A DNA stretch of 64,000 nt. Origin: Veleropilina oligotropha. Lineage: Eukaryota. Below the pieces are notes generated by a model. That model searched no databases and had not been told where the DNA came from. It saw only the letters and a program-made list of their open reading frames with translations. The stretch lies in assembly GCA_048128005.1 (NCBI GenBank), contig JBEUKZ010000112.1:558001-622000 (forward strand). Direction: 5' to 3'. A program made the position numbers and the translations under genes. How positions within the stretch are numbered: the first letter of the stretch is position 1; each line of letters starts with the position of its first letter. Below are positions 53,801 through 64,000 of this stretch, piece by piece.

Positions 53801-56800
53801 ACAATGGCTCTTTTGTTTTGAAGAGGTTGGTATTCAGCGTGAACACCTTGTTTTCAATGACGATTCAAAAATAGGGTGGCATAGCCATAATGCCCTACTT
53901 TTCACTCTATACCGACCTGCGTCCGTGCAAGACGGCTAAAGCTGATCACAAGAGAAATTGACAACAAAAGAGCTAATTGGCCTTTGTGTAAGTCGGTTAC
54001 AAACCTCGATAGTCGGTATTCATCGATTTGAAAGACCTGCTTCCGTGTGGTAACACCTCGACCGCTTCGCGGTCTCGGTGTCACAATCCGCACGGGCGAA
54101 GGTCTTTCAAATCGATGAATACCTCCAACTCGGTTAGTAACCTATACATATTGCATGGTTCACTGTACTGTAAGACTCGTGAATGTCATGTTGTGTTGTT
54201 CATGATTGTCAACAAAGCACAATTAAAACAGATTGATCCATTTCATTTTCCGATAATACATTATCAAGTATTTACAAGCTTCTTGAGCTTGAGACCGCCT
54301 GTCCACTTACGGATGTTCGGCATCTGGTAGTTGCATGGAATGATAAAGCCCTATACCAAGGATAACCTGCAATACAGATATGTAAAAAGTGAGAGAATCC
54401 TTCCATCTCTATTTGTGTGAAATTTTTGCATACTTTCTAACTCATATACATTTATTATAAACATTAATACTGGAAATAACACATACATGAAGAAACGAGC
54501 GAATCCTCGACCCCGCAAGTCGAGGGGATTTATCCCCTCTTATTGGAAGCAAATTTTAAATCTGAAAACGCCGAAAATGGTGAAAATCGATAAGCGTTGT
54601 GTCCTCACCGTACCAAACGTGTATATCAAATAAAAAGTCACTTCACAGTAGAGCGCACATAAGAAATGATCAAATCTGTTCAAACAAAATGGCTGCCACA
54701 ACAACCATCTTGAATCTGAAAATGAGAAACATCGTAAGGTGGTGTGTCCTTATTATAACTAAAGTGCATACCGAATTTGAATCAAATCGGATGAAAACTT
54801 TCCACTGTCGAGTGCATACAAGAAATCTCTTCTAACAAAATGGCTGCCACGACGGCCATCTTGAGTCTGAAAACAACGAAAATCATTATGCGACGTGTCC
54901 TCATCATAAGTAACGCGCATGCCAAATTTGAATCAAAGCGGATAATAACTTTTCAATGTAGAGCGCGCACAAGAAACCTCTCCAAACAGATCCGAAAATG
55001 ACTAAAATCTTTAGGCGGATTGTCCTCATCATAACTTAAATAGACTTAAATAGAATTTGTTTGGGTTTAGAAAGTGCATTTCTGCAACTCATATAAAAAC
55101 CCATTTTGGTAGCTCGGTCATCTATAGCCTTCCCTGTCTCTTAAAGTGCTCATCCAAACGATTTTTAAATTGATTTACTGATGTGGACTCCACCACCTTG
55201 ACAGGAAGGGCATTCCACTCATCTACAACTCGGTTTGAGAAAAAGTATTTTCTAACATCTAGCCTGACCCTCTTTTTGTAAATCTGGAACTTATGCCCCC
55301 TTGTTTTATTATGGTTCAACTGGAAAAAATAACTAATATCAAGATTGTCTTTTCCTGTAAACATTTTAAATACTTGAATCATGTCACCTCTTATCCTACG
55401 CAACGTTAATGTTGTAAGATCAAGGCTTCTGAGCCTATCCTCATATGTCAACTCTCTGATTTCACCTACCAATTTTGTGGCTCTCCTTTGTACTTGTTCC
55501 AATAGTTGGATATCCTTTGAGAGGTATGGATTCCATGCTTGCACCGCATATTCTAAATGTGGTCTAACCAGTTGCTTGTATAAACGTGTTATGATGCCTT
55601 TTGACTTAAAAGTAAAATTACGCTTTATCATTCCTAATATTTGGTTTCCCTTTTTAGCTGCTTCGATACATTGATTTGATGGTTTCAGTGAATTATCAAT
55701 CCATACACCCAAATCTTTCTCTTTTGTCACTACTTTTAGGTCATCTCCTCCCATTTTATAACAATATTTTTTGTTTTTGTGACCCACATGCATTACCTTA
55801 CATTTGGTTGTATTGAAAAGCATTTGCCAGTCATCGGACCACTTAACCAGATTATTTAGATCGGTCTGAAGTTTCCTTGCATCTTGTTCAGTTTCTATTA
55901 TTCTGTAAAGTTTAGTGTCGTCAGCAAACTTTTTCACTAGAGATGTAATAGCGCCATCAATGTCATTCAAGTAGATTATAAATAGCAATGGACCCAAGAC
56001 CGAGCCTTGAGGGACTCCACTTAATACACTCTCCCATTTTGACTTAACCCCATTTACAACAACTCTCTGTTTTCTATTCTGTAACCACATTTCTATCCAC
56101 GTCAATATTGGTCCTTTAATACCATGATTACTCAATTTTTGTATTAGTCGTTTATGTGGAACCTTATCAAATGCTTTTTGAAAATCAAGATATATAATAT
56201 CAACCGGCTTGCCATGATCTATTGCATTTGTAACATCCTCTAAGAATTCAAGAAGATTTGTTAAACATGATCGTTTCTCCATAAATCCATGCTGACTGGT
56301 GTTTAACAAGCTATATTTGTTCAAATGGTCTAATATAACATCCTTTAAAATAGATTCCATCATTTTGCCTACTATTGATGTTAGACTAACAGGTCGATAA
56401 TTTTGTGCACTAGAGCGACTTCCCTTTTTAAATATAGGAGTTATATTACCAATTTTCCAATCATCTGGCAATCTTCCTTCGCTAAGTGATTTGCTGAATA
56501 TATTTGCTATTGGCTTCAACAATTCATGCTTTCCGACTTTTAAAAACTTGGAATATATACTATCAGGGCCAGGGGCTTTGTTTATCTTTAAGAGGTCTAT
56601 CTTTTTTTCAATCAGTGCAGGAGTAATTTCAACCGATTCACAAAAGTTACCAATGTCTTTAAAAATATCTTTTATTGGGGGCATATTCGCGGTATCCTCC
56701 AATGTATACACGGATGCAAAGTAGTTATTCAAAGATTCTGATATTTCCGCATCATCAGTCATTATATTACCCTTTTCATCTTTCAATGGACCTACGACAT

Positions 56801-58983
56801 CTTTTGTTTTTTGTTTTGACCTTACATATGCATAAAATGATTTTGGATTTTCCTTGACATTTTTTGCTAAATTTTCTTCAAACATTTTCTTTGCTGCACG
56901 GATTTCTTTTTTACATAGTTTCTCACACTCCTTATAATTTTCATGATCTTTTGTTTCTTTTGACTCCCTGTAACGTCTCCAACGTTTATATTTTCTTCTT
57001 ACAGATTTCTTTACCTTTCTCGTTAACCAGGGTGGTGAATTATGTTTGCGTCTGCGTTTTAGTGGAACATTTGCATTCATTATCGCTTCTATGTTTTTAC
57101 GGAATACTTCCCAAGAGTCCCTAGCATCTAGATTATCAAGATCCTGCCAGTTTATGTCTCGAAGATCTGACGTTATTTGGTCGATATTCGCTTTCCGAAA
57201 ATCCGGTATTTCTTGCTTGCTTGTTTTAATAATTGTTTTAATATGAAGCTCAAATTCTATTAAATCATGGTCGCTGCTCCCTAATTTCCCAATTCCATGT
57301 ATATTTTGCACCATATTTAGTTCACTAGAAAAAACTAAATCCAAAACATTATCACCTCTTGTTGGAAAATCAACATGTTGATGCATAAATCCATTCTGTA
57401 TCGTTGTCAAAAAATCCTGACCCGCTTTCCCACTTTGCATCGAGTTCCAATTTATACCTGGGTAGTTAAAATCCCCCATAATTAACACATTGTATCCGAA
57501 AACTTGTTCTAATGTAGTGTATAGGTTAGTATTGTTCTCTTCTGCGCTATTTGGTGATCTATAAACAATACCCACTACAATGGAATCCTTTTTATTATTA
57601 CTGGTCATAATTTCACACCAAACTGAATTTTGAAAAGTGTTTATCTTAATATCATCACGAGAAACAGCATTTAATCCATCTTTTATGTATAGCAAGACCC
57701 CCCCTCCTCATACTAAATATGAATCAAATCGGATAATAACTTTTCACTGTAGAGTACGAAAACAACAAATATCGTTAGGTGGCGTACATAAGAAATTTCT
57801 GCGGCGGCGGCTGAACGACGACTAAACCATATTATCCCCGACTATTAATAGTCCGAGGATACAATAAACAGAATACAACAAATCTTACTGCAAAATTATC
57901 AAGAACCATGGAGCAAAACATGACTTACCTGATTGATAGTGTCGGCTAGCGAGTGGATGAACTCTGAGAACATGCTGTGTGATCCAGTGTACATCCAGGC
58001 AACAAGCTTCACAATACTGTTGACGGCATTGCTGTTAAGGGAAAAGAACCATCTAGATGCTTACTGCAAATAATATTTATAGTCATCTTTTGGAAGTTTA
58101 TTGAGGGAATTGCTATGAAGTATCAATTGAGAAGTTGTCTGACAGGCTCTTTGCTACGCTTAAACCAATTGTGCTACATGCTCTACCAGATACCATCATT
58201 TCTTTACATTTCTTTAATGATCATGTGAAAAATTCTAGCAAAAACAAATACAATTTTAGGAGATATTCAGTCTAACGTACTTACATGCATACAGCGGACA
58301 TAACGACTCGCCCAGATCCTGACTTCCAGAAGGCCTCTCTCATTGTTGTCTGGAATAACACGGAAATTTGTCCGAGATTAATGTTTACTTGGCCAGCAGT
58401 TACATACAATCCATATGTAGCTCATGGTAAACAAATCGATTTTTACAATTATTATGGTCATTTGATCTCACATCCGATATAAGATTAATATAGTGCAATG
58501 AAACATTTTGTGGTTGGCTATTCATTAAGTCTTCACTATGATAATCATAGGTTTTTTTATGTCACACTTTGTAAAACGATCAAACATTCACACACAGTTG
58601 CATATCTGCCTCAAATTCGTTTGTGTGCATAAAGAATCGCAGTAATGTAATATGATCTTATCATTGTTGTTAAGACATTTCTTACTGAAATCGACATTCT
58701 CAGGGTGGCGCGTAACATGGCATTAAAAAAATTACCCCAAAACACAATTTTACAGAACAAAGGTTAAAAAAAATGTGTGCATTCTCTAAGCAGCATCGGT
58801 TTCACATTGAAATCAGTGAACGAAACTGGTAAAATATGTTAGTAACTGTTGCTTATTTCATTGTGTATCACACAAGTTTTACCTTGACATCCTCATCCAT
58901 GTACGGTTTCTCATCACCAAAGACGGAGTCTGCAGGCTTTTTCCTGTATTCTTCAATGAGGTTTCGTATTCGAAACACATCCA
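29794..58983 (-). CDS. SLC30A9: Zinc transporter 9 (ZnT9; CDF family), 3' 12 coding exons; 5' exons lie outside the window
   Basis: Exons 58983-58883, 58349-58285, 58031-57929, 54366-54311, 53382-53247, 40249-40210, 39984-39913, 38903-38693, 38266-38204, 30673-30547, 30196-30083, 29838-29794. All GT-AG and phase-consistent. The spliced peptide follows ZnT9 colinearly: TGSHSMFSEFIHSLADT, HPYGY, SLISGVGIF, LLEDMAAVLG, LHDVK, VRFKAEIDFDG, HGERIIDMLGEEVDRIE, RHVDLEAL-stop. Confidence 0.95.
30083..30196 (-). CDS. SLC30A9: SLC30A9 exon (EMQSLKNQEDAEMFLLTHGERIID...ILK)
   Basis: ATCAG/GTGAGA. Confidence 0.95.
30547..30673 (-). CDS. SLC30A9: SLC30A9 exon (SLHDVKVMDMGGQVRFKAEIDFDG...LLQ)
   Basis: TTTCAG/GTAAGG. 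Confidence 0.95.
31172..32538. mobile_element. Helentron-type non-autonomous element with ~430-bp tandem repeats
   Basis: Starts aactaga; subterminal atgtctccc; about three repeats (31320, 31750, 32195); GAA-rich microsatellite; terminal hairpin tatgtctc...gagacata. Confidence 0.65.
32540..33361. mobile_element. Helentron-type element with ~150-bp tandem repeats (same family as 54494-57867)
   Basis: cctcgac...gtcgagg 5' hairpin; repeats containing aaaatggcc...ggccatcttg; (GGC)n; terminal hairpin ccgaaat..atttcgg. Confidence 0.7.
33600..36370 (+). mobile_element. 5'-truncated CR1-group LINE; open ORF2 (end of endonuclease + RT) to 36147
   Basis: SDHCPV, NYRPISL, DISKAFD, GVPQGSVLGP, LFADD, C-terminal CRCG..EDPTHYLLAC; aataaaatattgttta tail. 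The ORF-track start at 33502 is probably not part of the element. Confidence 0.92.
36693..37138. mobile_element. Kolobok-type MITE
   Basis: TTAA|aggatttgtgaac ... gttcacaactcct|TTAA. Confidence 0.7.
37253..37537. repeat. Minisatellite, 4 copies of ~69 bp
   Basis: Unit tgtgagtgcagctcgagggaggtacctgtcacactcggagattatacccagtgactggtacttgctggag. Confidence 0.95.
37920..38225 (-). repeat. 28-bp and 31-bp tandem repeats made from the SLC30A9 exon end plus splice donor
   Basis: Minus-strand unit tggagcgtgatcgcatgatcag|gtacgt x8, then 31-bp units atgatcag|gtacgtttaatgtttaatgttac. Confidence 0.95.
38204..38266 (-). CDS. SLC30A9: SLC30A9 exon (SIPRHQRLLITQELERDRMI)
   Basis: TATAG acceptor; ends at the first of ten tandem donor copies. 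Confidence 0.9.
38693..38903 (-). CDS. SLC30A9: SLC30A9 exon (KRGCDPNVTVVLLEDMAAVLG...TNTEALVG)
   Basis: TATAG/GTTTGT. Confidence 0.95.
39913..39984 (-). CDS. SLC30A9: SLC30A9 exon (TLMVAANQVKKGSKANNMEFWQY)
   Basis: TTAG/GTAAGT. Confidence 0.92.
40210..40249 (-). CDS. SLC30A9: SLC30A9 exon (AIAALGGALVSEG)
   Basis: TTCAG/GTAGGT; 40 nt. Confidence 0.9.
43274..44248 (+). CDS. LINE ORF1 (coiled coil + RRM + CTD)
   Basis: LDELEQYSRRGSIRIK, DIDRSH, IICKF, IFIVEDLTK, WTWDGKI; likely ATG at ~43313. Confidence 0.88.
   Translation: MYKHTANLNQKCEMATKNSTNKKSTPVKPVAPAREKRDRTSPGQMSITKQAKQSTCEDITEDSCDCNEGEQNKITPGLLQLINTIVDKATKPLITLINEQKNTIDSLMKSLEDFVKSTSNKHEEITELKSYITKIEKQICDQQDTIVSHESRLKTTDTYLDELEQYSRRGSIRIKNIPVENIPKRRVRGDRSILDTDSYVLNLANQDLKVPIVRSDIDRSHVTGKPDYKGRISIICKFSSYTAKSNVFFAKKALKNHRDRIFIVEDLTKYRVRLISKLQELHRSKNINSFWTWDGKIFYKTSYDAKPVLIKTLGDINNAFPVDY
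44735..47712 (+). CDS. LINE ORF2 (APE endonuclease + RT), one -1 frameshift in the A-run at 47340-47346
   Basis: HLNIHS, LCET, GGVAIY, SDHLP, YRPISLL, DLSKAFD, GVPQGSVLGP, FADDT. After the A7 run the alternate frame reads CVRIILNERYNAHTDPLFKKLKILKL... to TAG at 47710-47712. Confidence 0.9.
49904..51542. mobile_element. Non-autonomous TIR element with 6-bp TSD
   Basis: AGTATT|cataggtgttaacctc ... gagattaacacctatg|AGTATT; removing it restores the host repeat. Confidence 0.8.
52083..53000. mobile_element. Helentron-type element with ~146-bp satellite-like array (~6 units)
   Basis: Starts aactagag; subterminal atgccccc; repeated gatatggagcggaagggaatt; GACA microsatellite; terminal hairpin tatgccccc...gggggcata. 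Confidence 0.75.
53247..53382 (-). CDS. SLC30A9: SLC30A9 exon (YGYKNLRNISSLISGVGIF...LIW)
   Basis: TTGCAG/GTAAGA. Confidence 0.95.
53995..54142. repeat. ~150-bp imperfect palindrome (palindromic non-autonomous element)
   Basis: ggttac..ggtattcatcgatttgaaagacct pairs with aggtctttcaaatcgatgaatacc..gtaacc around the loop gaccgcttcgcggtc. Confidence 0.75.
54311..54366 (-). CDS. SLC30A9: SLC30A9 exon (VILGIGLYHSMQLPDAEHP)
   Basis: TTGCAG/GTAAGT. Confidence 0.92.
54494..57867. mobile_element. Helentron-type element (family of 32540-33361) interrupted by a CR1 LINE
   Basis: Same 5' hairpin, ~150-bp repeats, (GGC)n and 3' end; the repeat phase resumes at ~57709 after the LINE. Confidence 0.75.
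55035..57708 (-). mobile_element. 5'-truncated CR1 LINE; open ORF2 55122-57706
   Basis: GGGVLLYIK, GDFNYP, SDHDLI, YRPVSLT, DFQKAFD, GVPQGSVLGP, FADDTK, RGHKF; tail (tctatttaag)2. Confidence 0.93.
57929..58031 (-). CDS. SLC30A9: SLC30A9 exon (NAVNSIVKLVAWMYTGSHSMFSEFIHSLADTINQ)
   Basis: CAG/GTAAGT; HxxxD metal motif. Confidence 0.95.
58285..58349 (-). CDS. SLC30A9: SLC30A9 exon (AFWKSGSGRVVMSAVCI)
   Basis: TTCCAG/GTAAGT; matches the ZnT9 segment before TM1. Confidence 0.88.
58883..58983 (-). CDS. SLC30A9: SLC30A9 exon (DVFRIRNLIEEYRKK...DEDVK)
   Basis: TTGCAG acceptor, GTAAAA donor; phase fits the next exon; poorly conserved segment. Confidence 0.7.
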
Positions 58984-59588
58984 CTGCAATAAGTGTAAAC
59001 TGCATAGAATGATGCATACACACTGCTGTGTGAAACAACTCCATATACATAATTAAATGGGTTAGCTTTACGAAACAATTTTAACAATTTGCAGTCCTAT
59101 TGTAGTTTGGACACTGACGAACCAGTGAAGTGACTTTAAATCACACCACCATACATGTGATAATCCAAAACAGCATTCCAGAAGGTCGGGGTCAATATTC
59201 CAGAAGATTGGGGCCAAATTCCAGAAGTATTTTTAGCAACGTTTTTATCGTCGAGAAGTCATATATTTTTAATTATTTGCATAAAAAGACATAGAAATGA
59301 TAGCCATAGTAATCTTATGCAATCAAAACAATAATAAAAGTGAATTTTAAAAAAAATACCACAATAAATAATTTAACTTTTCATTTCAATATTAATATGT
59401 TGATATTGCTACAACTGTTATCATATTAAATTATTCCTAATAATAAATACACCATCAAATTGATCAATCAATATAAAATATGCTGTTACAGTGCTTCACA
59501 CAAGCAAAATCCAAGGGAGCTGTTTACAGCTCTCCTAATGAAGCCAAGGAGAGTGATTAGCTCACGCAAATATTAGACTTGTCTGAAA

Positions 59589-59938
59589 ATGAGGTTTTTA
59601 AGTAAACCTAATATTAGTTAAAACATACTTACGTCCTTACACTTGCCATAATAGTCATATTATCGCCAACCGGAAACAGTGAATAATGTCACATTTATGC
59701 ACTATTAAGTCAAAACACTACGATTACCTCTCGCCAAGTGTCGCGAGATGTCCGAGCTCAGGGTCACAAGACCTCAATTCAAAGTTCAGAACCCCAAAGG
59801 AACTTAGTAAGAGGGGAGGAATGCGAAAGCGCAGGGTGAGTAATCGTAGTAAGGACGTAAGTATGTTTTAACTAATATTAGGTTTACTTAAAAACCTCAT
59901 ATGTAGTTACAAACTTACTTACGTCCTTACACTTGCCA
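59589..59938. repeat. DIRS right terminal repeat and internal complementary region
   Basis: 59589-59640 is the perfect reverse complement of 59849-59900; tacttacgtccttacacttgcca is directly repeated at 59626 and 59916. Confidence 0.85.
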
Positions 59939-60740
59939 GAATGACCTTGGATAGGTGGGTAAGAAGTTCCTTACAACAATCCCAAACAAGATTATGACTT
60001 ACTTTTCACCATATCAATCAGCATGAAGCGTCGATTGTGTCCGCCCAGAGTGGAATCTACTGAGTATTATATTCTACTCTTACCAGGCGAGAATTTCGAC
60101 CAGTGTTACCGGGAGAATACGCCGTGGTGTTAGTCGGACGAGGTGAACGGAAGTGCAATCAGCCCCAGGCACGGCCGGAAGGAGGATCCTTGTAGGTCTT
60201 ACGTGTCATGGACCAGTGGCAGCCAACTGGTACTCCGGGCCATAGGCCGGTAGCCAGAGGAAGCAGTCGGATTTGTAGGCACACGGAACCTAATAGTTAG
60301 GCTGTGAAGACATCAAATCTTAAGCAAAGAATTAATAGATTATAATAAATAATCGATATTAATAAGTGATTCGCATGACCAACTTGCGAAAAGCTAACAT
60401 GAGTACAACATGTTACTTAAAATAAATTTTAAGGAAGCAAATATTAAATTTTTTTCAATGTCTTGAACATCGTATGTTCTATAACAGCATAGAACATCAA
60501 TAATATTGAACCTCAAAATCCTATAAGACTTTTTGCAATATAAATGTTTATTAAATTCAATGTGAACTGGCCTGTCAAAATATTCAGGTATGACATGAAA
60601 GTATCAAAATCTTAAAATGTTTTTAAGAAATGAACATACATTGAATCGCCTCATAATGTGTCTATTTCATAGAACAGCTAGGCATAACAATAACATTGCT
60701 TCAGCACGAATTATTTAATTGATAAATCAAGAAACAATAC

Positions 60741-61860
60741 TCACTGATTAGACGACCTCTGTCTAACAATACATCTTTGAGCAGCTACACACTGCAGACT
60801 GCTCAAACCATCAGCACCAGTGGAATAATCCCGCAGGTAATGCTTAACAAAGACATTTGGATTCTTCCAGTAACCTGCTTGAAGCAACGCTGAGATGTTT
60901 AAGCTGTGTCGGAAGGCGATAGAAGCTGCAATAGCACGGCCCTCGTGCGCGCGGACTGATACAATAGTGCGGTCTGATACAATAGTGCGGTCTACTTCTT
61001 CACAGCGAGAGTACACGTCTCTCACTACCTGTGAAATCCACCGCGAAACAGTCGTCTTCGTAATGTCGCGGGTATAAGAAGGTAAATACGAAATAAATAA
61101 ACGTAGTTTTCCTTGCCGCATATCACGGGTCCTGTCGAGGTAGCATCGCAGGGCACGCACGGGACAGTTTAAGCGGTCCACATAGTGTCTTCCGACCAGC
61201 GTAAGCTTGGGGATAATGATATCGGGGGCATCTTCGTTCGGCCGTTGATTCTTGGCGAGGAAACCCAAGATAGGACGCAGCATCACCGACCCGTCTGACT
61301 GGAAACGAACGTCTCGTAGCTCTGCGGATAGACTATGAATTTCGGAACAACGCCTGCCCGACGCTAAGGCGATCAGAAAAACCGTTTTGTGCGTTAAGTT
61401 TCTCATAGACGCCGAGGACATAGGCTCGTACGGCGGTATAAGTAGAGCGTTAAGAATGAGAACGATGTTCCAGGCAGGCGGCCGTATTGTTCGGGTCGGA
61501 ATTTCGAGTTCGTAGGATCGTATAAAATCCGAAATCGTTCGATCGCTAGACAGGCTAACATGGGCACGGCACTGTTTTAACGTGGTCGCGACCGTTGCCC
61601 GATAGCCTTTGACGGCGGACACTGACATACCGCGTTCAAAGAGCGACGATAAAAACTCGATAAACTTGTTCACAGGGGGGCGGGGAATATTGACCTGCCG
61701 GCTGTGACACCAATCCACGTATTTGACCCATCGGTAGTCGTATACTTTAGACGTGGAAAGCCTTCTCGATCGGTAGATGCGTAGGGCTGTAGCGCGAGAA
61801 AATCCTTTCTTAGCGAGGGATCGTTCGATAACCGCCAGGCGTGTAAACGTAAGTCGTTCG
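60741..61860 (-). CDS. DIRS tyrosine recombinase (3' part of ORF 60741-62777)
   Basis: LASGRRCSEI (R), CPVRAL, RAHEGR (HxxR), AGYW, FVKHYL (Y). Confidence 0.9.
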
Positions 61861-63705
61861 GCGATGGGTGTAATACACGACTGCGCGCCTGCATTAACAG
61901 GTCCGGTCTCTGCGGGAGCGCTAACGGTCGATCGACGATCAGATCGAGGAGGGTCGGAAACCAAGGTTGCGTGCGATACAGGGGCGCGATTAGTGTTATC
62001 TCGCAACGTTCGTTCGATGCCTTCTGTAGTACGAGTGTCAGGATGCACGACGGGGGGACGGCATACGCGGACAGATTCTCCCATGTCATTGACAGCGCGC
62101 CGACCGCTAGGGCGGCCGGGTCCGGGTACGGGGAGACATACAGAGGTAGTCGGTGATTGAATTCTGTTGCAAACAGATCGACTTGGGGTTGTGACCACCA
62201 GCGACAAACGTCCCGAGCTACTCGGCTGTGTAGCGTCCACTCTGTGTGTATAATCTGTGATTTCCGAGAGAGCGAGTCCGCTCTGACATTCAGCTTTCCC
62301 AGGATGTGTCGTGCTCGTATCGTCGAGTTGAGGGACATCACTAGGCGGTGTAGGTCGATTGCTCGGTCGCAAAGGGGACGCGAGCGAGTGCCGCCCTGGT
62401 GCTGAATGTAAGCGACGACAGTCGTGTTGTCCGTGGCGAGCATTATGTGCTTGTTGCGGAGATGTGACGAGAGGGACCGTACTGTCAGGTAGACCGCTTC
62501 TAACTCTAGGAAGTTGATGTGTCGTCCCTGAAGGTCGGTCGGCCATAGGCCCGATGTCTCGTAACTGTCGAGGTGACCACCCCAGCCGCCGTTCGAAGCG
62601 TCTGTGAACAGGTAAGCGTTCGGCTCTGGCGGGGATATAGTAACCGACTGGCTCGGCAAAGCAGGGTTCAACCACACTGCTGTCGTGCGGGTAAACCAAT
62701 GCCGAAGATCGATACGATCCGTCCACTGCCCCGTCCGTTGTATCCATCGATCTCTGAACGCCTGTTGTAACGGTCATTTGTCCATTCGACCCGTCGGTAG
62801 CAGGGTCGCTACCGACTCGATGTGCCCCAGGACAGTGGCCAGTTGTCGCGCCGTAGTTATCTCCGATGACAGGGTGTCTTGAATAACCGCGCGTAGGTTC
62901 CGTATACGTTTCTGGGTCGGTTTCGCGATGTACCGGACCGGACCGTATCGAAGTCGACTCCGAGAAACGTAAACGTCTTGGAGGGTACGAAGCAGGATTT
63001 TGTCTCGTTGATCTGAAATCCTAGTCGCTTCGCCGATGACAGGGTAAAGCTCGTAGACCGGTGGCACAGATCCTGGGACGCCCCGAGGATCAGCCAGTCG
63101 TCGAGGTACATATGTACCCGGTGCCCTAGGGAGTGTAGGAAGGCTCCGAGGGCCTGTACTGTTCTCGTGAAGAAGTACGGGGCTGACGATAGACCGAACG
63201 GTAGGCACCTGAATTGGTAGATCGTCTCCCCGTGTATAAACCGAAGGTACTGATGAGCCATGATATGCATCGGGACATGCAGATACGCGTCGATCAGATC
63301 GATAGACGCTGCCCAGTCTCCCGGACGGATGGCCGCTCGTATCTTCGAGAGGGTTTCTTGCTGGAATTTCTCGGTGCGAAGATATCGGTTGAGATACGAG
63401 AGATCGAGGATCGGTCGCCAGCGGCCATCGGGTTTCGGGACCAGGAAGAAATGGCTGTAAAATCCTTGTGTGCTGGGCGGCGCAGGATATATCGCTCCTT
63501 TGAGGAGTAAGTCCCGCACTGCCTGGTCTAAGACCGCTTGTTTCTCGCCTTGCAGAGGGCGAGCGCGGCTTGGTGGTGGTGCCTCGGTTAGGGTCGGATG
63601 CCGGTTGAATGCCAACTTGTATCCGGCACTCACGACTGAGTGGACCCAGCTGCTGTCTGTTAGTTCTAGCCACGGCTGGCTGTACGCTAACAGACACGCT
63701 CCCAC
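61670..63705 (-). pseudogene. DIRS pol: RT + RNase H + methyltransferase-like domain, with one frameshift (~62935) and one nonsense codon (62774-62776)
   Basis: WRPILDL, LPFGLSSAP, YLDD; LFTDAS, HINFLEL, TDNTT, ADSLSR; VDLFA...YAVPP. Confidence 0.88.
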
Positions 63706-64000
63706 CGGCGGAAGCGGGCAGCTGGGACCGTCTTCCCTCTCCCGCTCTGACGGGATTTCGTTGGAGGTGCTTGCCTCTTCTGAGTGGGTTTATTGGCCGG
63801 GGGCCTACCACCAGAAGAGGGCCTTGCACGCTTGGAAGGCTTCGGGGTCCGGGTGGGCCACTGAGCGCTTCCTCGAGTCGGCGGGTGGACCCCAGGGGGG
63901 GTGCAGCACCGCCTTCTCGATGGCACGGTCCTTCAGGTCCGCCGCTCTCTTGTCGACGAATTCCGAAAAATTGTCGCCAAACAGAGTGGTGGCCGAGCAA

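Larger units (their letters stand above)
59585..64000 (-). mobile_element. DIRS1-like tyrosine-recombinase retrotransposon (5' part beyond window)
   Basis: End of gag, RT, RNase H, methyltransferase-like domain, overlapping YR ORF and terminal inverted/complementary repeats. Confidence 0.93.

Noticed and set aside
60741..63705. Prophage integrase or retron-like RT + recombinase + methylase system
   Set aside because: Domain order, overlapping frames and terminal repeats match the known DIRS1 retrotransposon class.
62774..64000. 408-aa ORF as an independent gene
   Set aside because: Mostly an alternative frame of DIRS gag/RT; only its last ~50 codons are the frameshifted continuation of pol.

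Overview
AT-rich, repeat-dense animal genomic DNA. The repeat families suggest a marine invertebrate, probably a lophotrochozoan, but this is inference. I reconstructed two spliced host genes by hand from GT-AG sites and reading phase, both on the minus strand. (1) A complete 7-exon gene (22524-15097) for a ~598-aa type I membrane protein: signal peptide, five Sushi/CCP domains, Ser/Thr-rich stalk, TM helix and short tail. Four of its CCP domains come from a recent two-exon duplication. (2) The last 12 coding exons of SLC30A9/ZnT9 (58983-29794; the 5' part lies beyond the window), with introns swollen by nested transposons. Mobile DNA includes a deleted PIF/Harbinger element with TIRs and TTA TSD, a Sola-like transposase with a PHD finger, Academ-like relics (one an 11.3-kb long-TIR element), a Tc1 relic, several MITEs, Helentron-type elements carrying satellite arrays, tRNA-derived SINEs, three LINEs with long ORF2s (one near full-length), RTE relics and a DIRS1-like YR retrotransposon. 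The most unusual observation is a tandem array of ten 5' splice-site copies at one SLC30A9 exon; use of any donor except the first would include a stop codon. I see no prokaryote-type system (CRISPR, operons). All family assignments come from motif recognition, not database searches.
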